From: Bacteroidia bacterium
GTDB lineage: Bacteria > Bacteroidota > Bacteroidia > M30B66
Assembly: GCA_018401705.1 (NCBI GenBank)
Contig: JAGYKL010000009.1
Span: 69,481-101,480 of the forward strand
Length of the DNA stretch: 32,000 bases
Direction: 5' to 3'
Shown here: piece by piece, positions 20,012 to 29,617 of the stretch
Layout: every line of letters begins with the position of its first letter
Position numbering within the stretch: the stretch's first letter is position 1
Made by a program: the position numbers and the translations under genes
Notes under the pieces: model-generated
Database searches by the model: none
Seen by the model: the letters and a program-made list of their open reading frames with translations, nothing else
What the model was told of the DNA's origin: nothing

Positions 20012-21604
20012 ATGCTTCCTAAACAGCTTCGCTTTCTACATCCATATTTGCATTTGATTGGGCTTCTGCTAATGATAGCAGGATTGCCTTTCTCTAAGCT
20101 ATTGATGAGCCTTTCACAGTTCTTCCTTGGAGGAAACTGGATTCTCGAAGGCAATTTCAAGGAGAAGTTTGAGCGCTTAAAATCCAAGCAAAACGCCTGG
20201 ATGCTGATGGGAATCTTTTTAATGCTCCTTCCCGGTCTGTTTTATAGCAACGATTTAAGCAACGGCTTGAAGATTGTCAGAATCAATCTACCTTTCTTTA
20301 TATTTCCTTTTGTATTAGCGAGTTCGAGGCCACTCAAGAAAGAATGGTATGAACTACTAATCAAACTTACCGTGCTTTCGGTTTTTTTAGGAACAATAGC
20401 GTGCAGCATATGGGGAATTCCTCGCTGGCTAAATGCCGAATTCAGTGATATCAGAAAAATTTCAATTTTTATTTCTCATATCCGATTTGCCTTGCTAATA
20501 AGCTTTTCTATTTTACTTGGCTTTTGGATGTTGGTTTACAAACCCTTTATTATACCCAAACCACAGAAATTCCTTCTTGTGGGTATGATGGTTTGGATGG
20601 TGGTTTTCCTATTCATTTTACAATCGTTAACAGGCATATTTATTCTGCTTAGCATCTTTTTAGGTTGGGCGATTTATCTCGTTATGAGAAAACTGAACCG
20701 TTTAAAAACAGCAGCTATTCTTAGCTTTCTGCTAGTCTTGCTAACATTTGTTGTTATTCAAACGCAGCGGGCTTATGATGGGTATTTTACACCAAATGAG
20801 ATTTACAATAAGCCTTTACCTGAAAAAACAGCGCTTGGAAACGGCTACTCGCACAACTTTTCTGTAATCGAAAATGGGTACTATGTTTTTAGCTTTTTAA
20901 GCCAAAATGAGCTTATCGAAGCATGGAGAGCGCGTAGCAATCATGCTATTGATAGTGCCGATGGCAAAGGTCAACTCACTTATGCAACCTTAATTAGATT
21001 TCTAAATTCAAAAGGTTTACCTAAGGATGCGTCGGGCGTTCAAGCCCTAAGCGAAAAAGAGATTGATTACATTGAACAAGGCATTGCCAATGTAAATTAC
21101 ACTGGCTTGTGGGGTATTAAAATGAGATTCTACCAGATACTCTGGGAATTTGGTTATTTAAAGCGAGGAAGCAAAGAAGGCAAAGGTCACACATTGGTTA
21201 TGAAGCTTGAATTCCTAAAAAATGCTGTTATTCTCATTAAAGAAAACCCTTGGGTTGGTGTCGGAATTGGTGATGTAAAGAATGCTTTTATTGAACATTA
21301 TGAAAAAGTAAATAGTTGGCTCGCGCCACAATGGCGGATGACATGCCATAACCAATATTTGTATATAGGAGTTGCTGCAGGAATCCCAGGAATGTTGCTA
21401 TTCCTGTTTATTTTCTTCAGACCAGTAATAGCAGACCCTTATTTACCTCTGGTCATTTTCATTGTAATAGCAGCAATTTCAATGATTCCTGAAGACACTT
21501 TAACAACACAAGAAGGAGTTTCCTTTGTTGCTTTTTTCTATTCTTTCTTTCTCTTCTGCCGACCGCGAAGTAAAACATCAAGTGAGTCTTCTTCTTCCTC
21601 CTGA
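20012..21604 (+). CDS. O-antigen ligase/polymerase-like (Wzy_C-type) polytopic membrane protein
   Basis: 530 aa with many TM segments, a large loop, and a late HNQYLYIGVAAGIPGMLLFLF segment typical of the O-antigen ligase domain. Its 3' end overlaps convergent rsmI by 67 nt, so the true stop region is uncertain. Confidence 0.55.
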   Translation: MLPKQLRFLHPYLHLIGLLLMIAGLPFSKLLMSLSQFFLGGNWILEGNFKEKFERLKSKQNAWMLMGIFLMLLPGLFYSNDLSNGLKIVRINLPFFIFPFVLASSRPLKKEWYELLIKLTVLSVFLGTIACSIWGIPRWLNAEFSDIRKISIFISHIRFALLISFSILLGFWMLVYKPFIIPKPQKFLLVGMMVWMVVFLFILQSLTGIFILLSIFLGWAIYLVMRKLNRLKTAAILSFLLVLLTFVVIQTQRAYDGYFTPNEIYNKPLPEKTALGNGYSHNFSVIENGYYVFSFLSQNELIEAWRARSNHAIDSADGKGQLTYATLIRFLNSKGLPKDASGVQALSEKEIDYIEQGIANVNYTGLWGIKMRFYQILWEFGYLKRGSKEGKGHTLVMKLEFLKNAVILIKENPWVGVGIGDVKNAFIEHYEKVNSWLAPQWRMTCHNQYLYIGVAAGIPGMLLFLFIFFRPVIADPYLPLVIFIVIAAISMIPEDTLTTQEGVSFVAFFYSFFLFCRPRSKTSSESSSSS

Positions 21605-22287
21605 TCAGGTTCATACTTGCTTAATCCACCGATTACCAAGACTATTTCACCTTTCGGTGGAATACTTGAATAGTGCTTTAATAAATCATCGAGCGAAGCT
21701 CTGTTTACTTCCTCAAATTTCTTTGAGATCTCTCTTACCACTGCCGCCTGGCGATCTCCGCCAAAAAATTCGGCTGCCTGTTGAAGCGTTTTTATTAAGC
21801 GATGTGGAGATTCATAAAAAACCATGGTGCGACTTTCCTCAAGCAATTGCTTGAAACGGGTTTGACGACCCTTTTTATGAGGAAGAAATCCCTCGAAACA
21901 AAACCTGTCGCATGGTAAGCCTGAAACAACCAAAGCTGGAATTAATGCTGCAGGCCCGGGCAAACACTCAACTCGAATGCCCTCTTCAATGCAAGCTCTT
22001 ACAAGTAAGAAACCTGGGTCTGAAATTCCGGGAGTTCCTGCATCCGAAACCAAAGCCACCTTAGCATGTTGCTTTATCTGATTAATAACATAGGCAAGCG
22101 ATTGATGCTCGTTATGCAAATGAAAAGGCTTGAGAGGTTTACTAATATCTAAATGCCTCAGAAGATTGCCTGAAGTACGAGTGTCTTCTGCAAAAATCAA
22201 ATCACATTCTTTTAATTCCGTGATAGCTCTTAGGGTAATATCTTCAAGATTACCAATAGGAGTAGGAATTAATACCAAATGCCCCAT
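21538..22287 (-). CDS. rsmI: 16S rRNA (cytidine1402-2'-O)-methyltransferase
   Basis: N-terminal LVLIPTPIGNLEDITLRAI..L.ECDLIFAEDTR, SDAGTPGISDPG, and FYESPHRL, all conserved in RsmI tetrapyrrole-methylase-fold proteins. Confidence 0.9.
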   Translation of the reverse strand: MGHLVLIPTPIGNLEDITLRAITELKECDLIFAEDTRTSGNLLRHLDISKPLKPFHLHNEHQSLAYVINQIKQHAKVALVSDAGTPGISDPGFLLVRACIEEGIRVECLPGPAALIPALVVSGLPCDRFCFEGFLPHKKGRQTRFKQLLEESRTMVFYESPHRLIKTLQQAAEFFGGDRQAAVVREISKKFEEVNRASLDDLLKHYSSIPPKGEIVLVIGGLSKYEPDQEEEEDSLDVLLRGRQKRKKE

Positions 22288-22289
22288 AC

Positions 22290-23255
22290 TTAGGCGTTAT
22301 GCAAATACCTGCGATTAAGTAATTCTGCCAATCCCTGAAACGCTTTGCTTTCAGGATCCCAGTTGTATTTGTTTTTCAAATCTTGAAAGAAATCCTCTGC
22401 TTCTTCGTAATTCTCAAAATTATTGAGCTTATCGAGGGCTGCATTGTATTCGTTGATATTATTCTTGAATAGATCCTTCAAATAGGCAAACTTTTCATTG
22501 ATACCAATAGCATTCTTTATGTTTGAAATAGGTTGCTTAATGGCCTGTGAAGCCACTGTTTTTTCTGTTGGCTTAGCTATTTTATCATACAAAGAAGCAG
22601 CTTTCTCAAAGATACTTTCTTTTTTAGGCTCGTTGGCAACCGGCTCTGGCTTGAATTCAATTTTGCGGACAGTTGGTACAAAATCTTTCTGACGCTCTTG
22701 CAATAAGTCTTTTTTAGGACTCACAGGTGGAATTGCCGCTTCTTTAACAGGCTCTGCCGGAGCTTCTAACACTATAGGTGTTTCTTCTACTTCCTTGATG
22801 GAACCTTCCTCTTCTGCATTTTTTTCAGCAACAGCAAGGCCTTCATCAATCTTAATTGATTCAACATTCTGATGAAGTTCCTCAACTGTTTCATCTAATT
22901 TTAACTCAACAGCTGTTTCCTCTTTGTCAGAAGTTACTGGCGCACTTACTTCTTCTTTTGGACTCTCAACCTCTATTTCTTGAACTTTCGTTTCAACAAA
23001 TGAAGGCTTTTCAATTTTTTCAGCAACACGTTCTTCAACACGTGAAGTAACAACCTCAGAGGCCGACTTTCGGCGTTTTAGCTCCGCGGCTGTGCGTAAA
23101 TCTAGAAAGCTCTCATAGAGGTCCCGAACATCTTTTAGAGCAAGATCAACTTCAATTAAAGGAATAGAATCCTTGAAATGAATTATCCTACCATATTGTT
23201 CTTCAACTTTATACAGTAAATGTGTTATGTCTTCGTGAATGCGTTTAGCGTCCAT
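22290..23255 (-). CDS. hypothetical protein with conserved termini and an acidic E/K/V/P-rich low-complexity core
   Basis: ATG 23255 (MDAKRIHEDITHLL...) is preferred over ORF start 23366, which would overlap tdk. The central region of about 150 aa is rich in E, K, V and P. The C-terminal module is INEKFAYLKDLF...YNWDPESKAF. Its stop lies 2 nt before the rsmI ATG. Confidence 0.6.
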   Translation of the reverse strand: MDAKRIHEDITHLLYKVEEQYGRIIHFKDSIPLIEVDLALKDVRDLYESFLDLRTAAELKRRKSASEVVTSRVEERVAEKIEKPSFVETKVQEIEVESPKEEVSAPVTSDKEETAVELKLDETVEELHQNVESIKIDEGLAVAEKNAEEEGSIKEVEETPIVLEAPAEPVKEAAIPPVSPKKDLLQERQKDFVPTVRKIEFKPEPVANEPKKESIFEKAASLYDKIAKPTEKTVASQAIKQPISNIKNAIGINEKFAYLKDLFKNNINEYNAALDKLNNFENYEEAEDFFQDLKNKYNWDPESKAFQGLAELLNRRYLHNA

Positions 23256-23346
23256 AGGAGAATTGCCGAATTGAATCGTGATTGAATTATGTAGTTTTGT
23301 AGGTACAAAACAACAATGTAAAAGTAGTAATTCAAACCGTTCCATT

Positions 23347-23955
23347 ATGTTTCTTGAAAACACCATTCATCCACAAAAACGTCACGGCTGGATAGAAGTT
23401 ATCTGCGGCTCAATGTTTTCGGGCAAAACAGAGGAACTTATTCGTAGATTAAAACGTGCAAAGTTTGCAAAACAACGTGTAGAAATTTTTAAACCTGCAG
23501 TTGACATCAGATATGATGACGAAGATGTTGTGTCGCATGATTCAAATTCTATTCGTTCAACTCCCGTTGAGTCTTCTCAAAGCATCTTACTGCTTGCAGG
23601 CGATGTAGAGGTAGTTGGGATTGACGAAGCTCAGTTTTTTGACAAAGAACTGGTTAACGTATGTAATGAGCTCGCAAATCTCGGTAGCCGAGTTATTGTT
23701 GCCGGCCTTGACATGGATTACCGCGGAAACCCTTTTGGCCCCATTCCATCGCTACTTGCAACTGCTGAGTATGTTACTAAGGTTCATGCCATTTGTATGA
23801 TTTGCGGAAACCTTGCCAATCACTCTCACCGTCTTGATACAAGCAATGAAAATCTTGTTTTACTTGGTGAAACAAATGAATATCAACCATTATGCAGAGC
23901 CTGTTTTTATAAGCTCAACCCTTTGCCTTATTCTGGTAAATCGAAAAATATATAA
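23347..23955 (+). CDS. tdk: thymidine kinase
   Basis: P-loop [21 protein letters not shown], and a C-terminal zinc-ribbon (CMICG...CRAC). ATG 23347 is preferred over 23278. Confidence 0.9.
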   Translation: MFLENTIHPQKRHGWIEVICGSMFSGKTEELIRRLKRAKFAKQRVEIFKPAVDIRYDDEDVVSHDSNSIRSTPVESSQSILLLAGDVEVVGIDEAQFFDKELVNVCNELANLGSRVIVAGLDMDYRGNPFGPIPSLLATAEYVTKVHAICMICGNLANHSHRLDTSNENLVLLGETNEYQPLCRACFYKLNPLPYSGKSKNI

Positions 23956-26411
23956 TGAAGAGTTTTACGCTGCAAGATTTCGCTGAAACGCTAGGCTGTG
24001 AGATAATTAACCCTTCTCAAGAACCCTATGCGTTGAATGAAATCACTTTCGACAGTCGAAAAATTCATCATGCAGGCAACAGTCTTTTTGTTGCTTTAAA
24101 AACTGAACGAAACAATGGCCATAGATATATTGAAACAGCCTATCGCTCGGGCGTTAGAAATTTCCTGGTTTCTGAATGGTCATTTCAACTTAAAGACGCA
24201 TCCTACATTCTTGTAGAAAACACCCTAGAAGCAATCCAATTTCTTGCAGAAGAAAAAAGAAAAAAGTTTAAGGGTCTTTGCATTGGCATCACCGGAAGCA
24301 ATGGAAAAACTTGGGTTAAAGAATGGCTGCACACTTGTTTGAATAAACATAAAATAACTTATCGTAGTCCAAGAAGCTATAATTCTCAGTTAGGCGTAGC
24401 GCTCTCAATTCTTGGAATGCCTTTAGATTCAAACATTGCCATACTTGAAGCAGGGATTTCTCAATCAGGCGAAATGGGTAGCCTTGTAGAAATGATTCAA
24501 CCTCAGCTAGGTATCTTCACTAATATAAGAAGTGCCCATGCAGAGAATTTCGAAAGTAAAACTCAGCATATTCTTGAAAAGCTGAAATTATTTCTCAATT
24601 GTGAGAAACTTATTGTCAGCAGCGATTATCCAGAGATTATTGAGCTGGCAAAAAGTCTAAACATCCCTCTTTTCACTTGGGGAAAAAACGCAAGCGACAA
24701 TTTAGTCATCCAGCGAAGCAGAATATCTCAAAAGAATTGTGAATTAAGTCTGAGATTTCAGAATCAGAAATTTGACTTAAACATCCCATTCAGTGATGAG
24801 GCATCCATTGAAAATGCCTTACATGTTTGTGCTGCAATGATGGTATGCGGAATTCAAATCGCGGATATTACCAAGGATATTCCAGAACTTGAGGCACTTG
24901 AAATGCGCCTTGAATTTATTCAAGGAAAACGAAATTGCACCATAATAAATGATACATGGAGCGCCGATCTGGATTCTTTGCGCATTGCTTTAGAAGCAAT
25001 GGATGAACAATCGCTTGAAAAACGAACACTGATAGTTTCTGACCTCTTCGAAACAGGTAGCATGCCAGATGAGTTATATGCCAAGCTTGCCGAATTATGC
25101 GTTCGAAAGAAAGTCACACGAGTATTAGGTGTTGGTGAACAGATTTCAAGATTTGCTCATCTCTTCGAGATGGAGAAAAAGTTTTTTATTTCAACTGAGG
25201 CTTTAATCAACCGCTTGCCAATACTGGAATTTAAGCAAGAATGTATTCTTTTAAAAGGAGCCAGGGTGTTTGAATTTGAGAGAATTGCATCTCAGCTTCA
25301 AGAGAAAACACATGAAACGGTGCTTGAAATTAATCTGAGCGCCATGATTGAAAACCTTAACTTCTATCGCTCACTTGCTGGAAAAAACGTAAAAACTATG
25401 GCTATGGTCAAGGCTTTTGCTTACGGCAGCGGAAGCATAGAAATTGCTCATATGCTGCAGTTTCATGGCATTGATTATTTGGCTGTAGCTTATGCTGATG
25501 AAGGAGTTGCTCTTAGAAAAGCTGGAATTTCGAGCCCTATACTAGTGCTTAGTCCCGAAACAGATAGCCTTTCAGACATGCTTGAGTACAATCTTGAACC
25601 AGAGATTTACAGTTTCAGAATGCTTGATTTATTTCTCGCTGAGCTCGGAAGGAGAAATCAGGATGAAACAGCAAGGGTTCAAATAAAGCTTGATTCTGGC
25701 ATGCATCGTTTGGGGTTTGAGGAAAAAGAAATTCCAGCATTAATTGAGAAAATAATGGCAAACCCTAAAATTGAAGTAGTTGGCGTTTTTTCTCATCTCG
25801 CGGCAAGTGGAGAATCTGAACATGATAGTTTTACTAATCAACAGATTCAAGTTTTTGAGCGTGGTTCAACCTTGATTCAGGAAGCATTGGGTGCTGGAAT
25901 ATTCAGACATATCCTGAACACTTCGGGAATAAAGCGTTTTCCGGATGCTCGTTTCGAAATGGTAAGACTTGGAATTGGACTTTATGGCATTGGCCATGCT
26001 CAAGAGCAGAACTATCTAAAAGATGTCAGTCGCTTACAAACAACCCTATCTCAGATTAGAACACTTGAATCAGATCAAACAGTTGGGTATAGCCGTATGG
26101 GTAGGCTTAGCAGAACATCCAGGATTGCAACAGTACCTGTTGGATATGCAGATGGCTTTTTAAGGAAATTAGGAAATGGCAAATCTGGATTCAAAATCCA
26201 CGGAAAGTTTGCTCCTACTGTAGGAAACATCTGCATGGATATGTGCATGGTGGATGTAACCGATATTCCCGAAGCAAAAGAAGGAGACAAAGCCGTGATT
26301 TTCGAGAATGCTGACGACATCCGGCGATTAGCCGAAACCCTTGAAACCATTCCATATGAGATTCTCACGGGGGTTTCCGAACGAGTGAAGCGAGTTTATA
26401 TCCAAGAGTGA
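23955..26411 (+). CDS. bifunctional UDP-N-acetylmuramoyl-tripeptide--D-alanyl-D-alanine ligase / alanine racemase fusion
   Basis: The N-terminal Mur ligase carries GITGSNGKT. The C-terminal half is an alanine racemase with the PLP-lysine region AMVKAFAYGSG and a conserved VGYADG. TAATG start/stop overlap with tdk. This fusion is common in Bacteroidota. Confidence 0.9.
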   Translation: MKSFTLQDFAETLGCEIINPSQEPYALNEITFDSRKIHHAGNSLFVALKTERNNGHRYIETAYRSGVRNFLVSEWSFQLKDASYILVENTLEAIQFLAEEKRKKFKGLCIGITGSNGKTWVKEWLHTCLNKHKITYRSPRSYNSQLGVALSILGMPLDSNIAILEAGISQSGEMGSLVEMIQPQLGIFTNIRSAHAENFESKTQHILEKLKLFLNCEKLIVSSDYPEIIELAKSLNIPLFTWGKNASDNLVIQRSRISQKNCELSLRFQNQKFDLNIPFSDEASIENALHVCAAMMVCGIQIADITKDIPELEALEMRLEFIQGKRNCTIINDTWSADLDSLRIALEAMDEQSLEKRTLIVSDLFETGSMPDELYAKLAELCVRKKVTRVLGVGEQISRFAHLFEMEKKFFISTEALINRLPILEFKQECILLKGARVFEFERIASQLQEKTHETVLEINLSAMIENLNFYRSLAGKNVKTMAMVKAFAYGSGSIEIAHMLQFHGIDYLAVAYADEGVALRKAGISSPILVLSPETDSLSDMLEYNLEPEIYSFRMLDLFLAELGRRNQDETARVQIKLDSGMHRLGFEEKEIPALIEKIMANPKIEVVGVFSHLAASGESEHDSFTNQQIQVFERGSTLIQEALGAGIFRHILNTSGIKRFPDARFEMVRLGIGLYGIGHAQEQNYLKDVSRLQTTLSQIRTLESDQTVGYSRMGRLSRTSRIATVPVGYADGFLRKLGNGKSGFKIHGKFAPTVGNICMDMCMVDVTDIPEAKEGDKAVIFENADDIRRLAETLETIPYEILTGVSERVKRVYIQE

Positions 26412-26455
26412 ATTAACAGGCTCTTTCGTTTTTTACACTTTTTTCGAATTTCATA

Positions 26456-26565
26456 ATACTATCTACCTGATACTAATTACTTAATACTATCTACTTGATA
26501 CTATCTACTTGATACTATTTACTTGATACTATTTACTTGATACTATCTACTGATTACTAATACAT
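26456..26565. repeat. 14-bp tandem repeat, about 8 copies (ATACTATCTACTTG consensus)
   Basis: Units start at 26456, 26470, 26484, 26498, 26512, 26526, 26540 and 26553. The central copies are near-identical and the outer ones are diverged. The array is intergenic, about 45 bp upstream of the gldA-like start. Confidence 0.9.
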
Positions 26566-26610
26566 GTTTAGCCTAGAAATTACGTTTCTTTGTATTAAAT
26601 ATTGAGATTC

Positions 26611-27516
26611 GTGTCGATTATAGTTTCAAATGTAACTAAAGTGTACGGAGAGCAGAAAGCGCTCGACGATGTTTCTTTTCAGGTTAACAAGGGAGAAATC
26701 CTCGGTTTTCTTGGACCAAACGGTGCAGGAAAATCAACCATGATGAAAATCATTACAACATACATACCTCCTACTGAAGGAACTGTGAGTGTTGTCGGTT
26801 TTGATTGCATGGAAAACAGCATGGATGTTAGAAGAAACGTAGGATATCTTCCTGAGCACAATCCCTTGTACTTAGACATGTTCGTGAAAGAATACCTAAG
26901 CTTTATAGCTGGATTGCATAAACTTCAGGATAAGCAGAAGAGAGTCGATGAAATGATTGGACTCACAGGTCTCGATCGCGAGCAACACAAAAAAATAGGC
27001 GCCTTATCAAAAGGTTACCGCCAACGTGTTGGTCTTGCCCAAGCTTTGATACATAACCCAGATGTAATTATTCTGGATGAGCCAACCAGTGGACTTGACC
27101 CCAATCAGCTTGCAGATATCCGTGAGTTAATAAGGACTATTGGTAAAGAAAAGACCCTTATGTTTTCTACACATATTATGCAGGAAGTAGAGGCAATTTG
27201 CGATAGAGTTGTAATTATTAACCGAGGTAAAATTGTCGCTGATGGAAAAGCTGAAGACTTGGCAAATCAGCAAAAAAGAGGGTTTACCATTGAAGTTGAA
27301 TTTGATAAAGAGTTTGACATAAATTCCTTAAGAAATATCAATGGCGTAAAGAAAGTAAGGTCATTGAAAGGCAATTCATTTGAATTGATTTATGAAGGAG
27401 AAGCAGATATTCGACCTGATATTTTCAAGTTAGCAGTCGATAAGCAAGCTACAGTGCTTACCATTAATAGAAAAGAGCTAAAGCTAGAAGAAGTATTTCA
27501 GCAGCTTACTCGTTAA
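26611..27516 (+). CDS. gldA: ABC transporter ATP-binding protein, GldA-like (gliding-motility-associated type)
   Basis: Walker A GPNGAGKST, signature LSKGYRQRVGLAQAL, Walker B IILDEPTSGLD. Size and the C-terminal LEEVFQQLT tail fit GldA-type ATPases. GTG 26611 (VSIIVSNVTKVYG) is preferred over TTG 26602. No gldF or gldG gene is adjacent, so the symbol is tentative. Confidence 0.55.
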   Translation: MSIIVSNVTKVYGEQKALDDVSFQVNKGEILGFLGPNGAGKSTMMKIITTYIPPTEGTVSVVGFDCMENSMDVRRNVGYLPEHNPLYLDMFVKEYLSFIAGLHKLQDKQKRVDEMIGLTGLDREQHKKIGALSKGYRQRVGLAQALIHNPDVIILDEPTSGLDPNQLADIRELIRTIGKEKTLMFSTHIMQEVEAICDRVVIINRGKIVADGKAEDLANQQKRGFTIEVEFDKEFDINSLRNINGVKKVRSLKGNSFELIYEGEADIRPDIFKLAVDKQATVLTINRKELKLEEVFQQLTR

Positions 27517-27556
27517 AAATAATTCAAGGAAATATCTTACAAACAACAGTTTGTGG

Positions 27557-27587
27557 TTTGAAGAGTGATATCATATCGCTATTTTTG
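27557..27587 (+). promoter_or_regulatory. candidate Bacteroidota sigma-A type promoter for metK (-33 TTTG, -7 TAnnTTTG)
   Basis: TTTG at 27557-27560 and TATTTTTG at 27580-27587 are separated by 19 nt, matching the published Bacteroides/Flavobacterium consensus spacing. The ATG follows 28 nt downstream. Confidence 0.4.
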
Positions 27588-27615
27588 CCACCCATTCACT
27601 TAAAACACATAATCA

Positions 27616-28944
27616 ATGCCCTATTTATTTACGTCTGAATCTGTTTCGGAGGGCCATCCGGATAAAGTAGCTGATCAAATTTCTGATGCACTTATTGACC
27701 ATTTCTTAGCTGTTGATGCGTCATCAAAAGTTGCTTGTGAAACGCTTGTTACAACAGGTCAAGTAGTTCTTGCTGGAGAAGTTAAGTCAGAAGCTTATCT
27801 TGATGTTCAAGATATTGCTCGTGAAGTAATTCGTAACATCGGCTATACTAAGTCGGAATATATGTTTGAAGCAAATTCTTGCGGAATATTTTCTGCAATA
27901 CATGAGCAATCTGCAGATATTAATCAAGGTGTTGAGAAAAAAGACCCTTGGAAGCAAGGAGCTGGCGATCAAGGAATGATGTTCGGTTACGCATGCCGTG
28001 AGACTGATAACTACATGCCACTTCCTCTTGAATTGGCTCACCTGTTATTACGTGAACTGGCTGATATTCGTCGCGAAGGCAAACAAATGAAATACCTTCG
28101 TCCGGATGCTAAATCTCAAGTAACAATTGAATATAACGACAATAACGAACCTGTGCGCATTGATGCAATCGTTGTTTCTACCCAGCATGATGATTTTGAT
28201 GCAGAGCGTAAAATGCTTGATCAAATTAAGAAAGATATTGTGAATATCCTTATCCCCCGTGTGATGAAGAAGCTTCCAAAAAGAGTTCAAGCTCTTTTCA
28301 ATGCTAAAATCAAATATCATATTAACCCAACGGGTAAGTTTGTAATTGGTGGTCCACATGGTGACACGGGTCTTACTGGGCGTAAGATTATTGTTGACAC
28401 CTATGGAGGAAAAGGAGCTCATGGTGGAGGTGCTTTCTCTGGAAAAGACCCTTCGAAAGTTGACCGTTCGGCTGCCTATGCTACGCGTCATATTGCTAAA
28501 AACTTAGTTGCTGCTGGTGTTTGTGATGAAGTTCTTGTTCAAGTGGCTTATGCTATTGGAGTTGCAGAGCCAGTTGGATTATATGTAAACACTTATGGCA
28601 CTTCCAAAGTGGATATGAATGACGGCAAGATTGCTGAAATAGTGAATAAACTTGTTGATATGCGTCCATATGCTATTGAACAACGTTTCAAATTGAGAAC
28701 TCCTATTTATAGCGAAACTGCGGCATACGGACACATGGGAAGAGAGCCAAAAGTTGTTACTAAAGTGTTCAACAAAGGCAAGAAAAACGAAGTTAAAATG
28801 AAGGTTGAGTTATTTCCTTGGGAAAAGCTTGATTATGTTGAAGCTTTTAAAAAAGGATTTGGTTCTGTAGCAAAGCCTGAGAAGAAAGCTGCCGTTAAAA
28901 AGCCTATTGCGAAAAAAGCAACTAAGAAAGTTGCAGTAGCTTAA
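27616..28944 (+). CDS. metK: S-adenosylmethionine synthetase with Lys/Ala-rich C-terminal tail
   Basis: [27 protein letters not shown], and [19 protein letters not shown]. The final 26 residues are [26 protein letters not shown]. Confidence 0.95.
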   Translation: MPYLFTSESVSEGHPDKVADQISDALIDHFLAVDASSKVACETLVTTGQVVLAGEVKSEAYLDVQDIAREVIRNIGYTKSEYMFEANSCGIFSAIHEQSADINQGVEKKDPWKQGAGDQGMMFGYACRETDNYMPLPLELAHLLLRELADIRREGKQMKYLRPDAKSQVTIEYNDNNEPVRIDAIVVSTQHDDFDAERKMLDQIKKDIVNILIPRVMKKLPKRVQALFNAKIKYHINPTGKFVIGGPHGDTGLTGRKIIVDTYGGKGAHGGGAFSGKDPSKVDRSAAYATRHIAKNLVAAGVCDEVLVQVAYAIGVAEPVGLYVNTYGTSKVDMNDGKIAEIVNKLVDMRPYAIEQRFKLRTPIYSETAAYGHMGREPKVVTKVFNKGKKNEVKMKVELFPWEKLDYVEAFKKGFGSVAKPEKKAAVKKPIAKKATKKVAVA

Positions 28945-28962
28945 ATCTTATAAATCTTAATT

Positions 28963-28997
28963 AAAGCCTCTGTTGACCAATCTTCAGAGGCTTTTTT
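28963..28997 (+). terminator. rho-independent terminator downstream of metK
   Basis: AAAGCCTCTG (28963-28972) pairs with CAGAGGCTTT (28985-28994) around a 12-nt loop. The 3' arm runs into a T-tract ending at 28997, about 20 nt after the metK stop. Confidence 0.7.
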
Positions 28998-29047
28998 GTA
29001 TCATTGAAATTAAAATTTTAATCGTGGAAACATCTGCAAGAAAAGGG

Positions 29048-29563
29048 ATGATACTTAAGCATCCCGTTTATGGCAAAGGAACCGTTATTTCTGCCGAAGG
29101 AATTATAATTACCGTTCATTTCCCAAATCGCGGTAATATGGATATTTCATCCCGAACCGAAGGTTTGGAATTGATGGAAGCCGAAACCGCTGAAACTAGC
29201 GATGATTCCGCTGATATGTCGACTGTAGAAAAAACCCTCAGGAAAATTTTACAGAACTATGAATCATTGCAAGAAATTGTTCCACTTGGAGATAAGTGGG
29301 TTGGAGGTACAATGTTGCTTCAACCTGCAGACCCAGCTCTGAAACCCAAAGAAATTCCAATTGAAACATTCTTCCATAAAATTGTACTTGTAAGAGATAG
29401 GCTAAGGGTGATGGAACAGCAAATAAATTCTAATTCTAAGCTCAGTGATGAAGAAAAAGTTGATTTGCAACAATACATTACCAGAATCTATGGAAGCCTG
29501 ACAACGTTCAATATTTTATTCAAGAACTCTGATCACAACTTTGTTGGAGAAAAGAAATCTTAG
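29048..29563 (+). CDS. hypothetical protein (171 aa)
   Basis: ATG 29048 is preferred because the TTG 28973 start would run through the metK terminator. The N-terminus HPVYGKGTVISAEGIIITVHF resembles small beta-barrel (Tudor/SH3-like) HxxFGxGxV modules, followed by an acidic linker. No family was assigned. Confidence 0.5.
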   Translation: MILKHPVYGKGTVISAEGIIITVHFPNRGNMDISSRTEGLELMEAETAETSDDSADMSTVEKTLRKILQNYESLQEIVPLGDKWVGGTMLLQPADPALKPKEIPIETFFHKIVLVRDRLRVMEQQINSNSKLSDEEKVDLQQYITRIYGSLTTFNILFKNSDHNFVGEKKS

Positions 29564-29617
29564 AATTGTTGAACTCTTTTTGACAAACGGTTGTTATTCA
29601 AATAGAGAAGAAAGTAA

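Noticed and set aside
27517-27615. SAM riboswitch expected upstream of metK
   Set aside because: The candidate promoter (-7 box ending at 27587) leaves a leader of only about 25 nt. The 99-nt intergenic region shows only two short hairpins (ACAAAC-AACA-GTTTGT and GTGATA-TCA-TATCGC) and nothing resembling SAM-I or SAM-II conserved cores that I can recognise. An Rfam scan would settle it.
27787-28491. Minus-strand ORFs of 84 and 147 aa inside metK
   Set aside because: They are antisense to a strongly conserved CDS, and their products have odd composition with no motifs. The same reasoning applies to antisense or alternate-frame ORFs at 884-1314, 4092-4274, 4534-4740, 5138-5347, 15055-15384, 15596-15805, 16271-16465, 16953-17153, 17777-18097, 19351-19653, 21525-21854, 22130-22318, 22498-22692, 22856-23050, 23615-23800, 24920-25117, 26075-26368, 26679-26879, 29560-30095 and 30294-31218.
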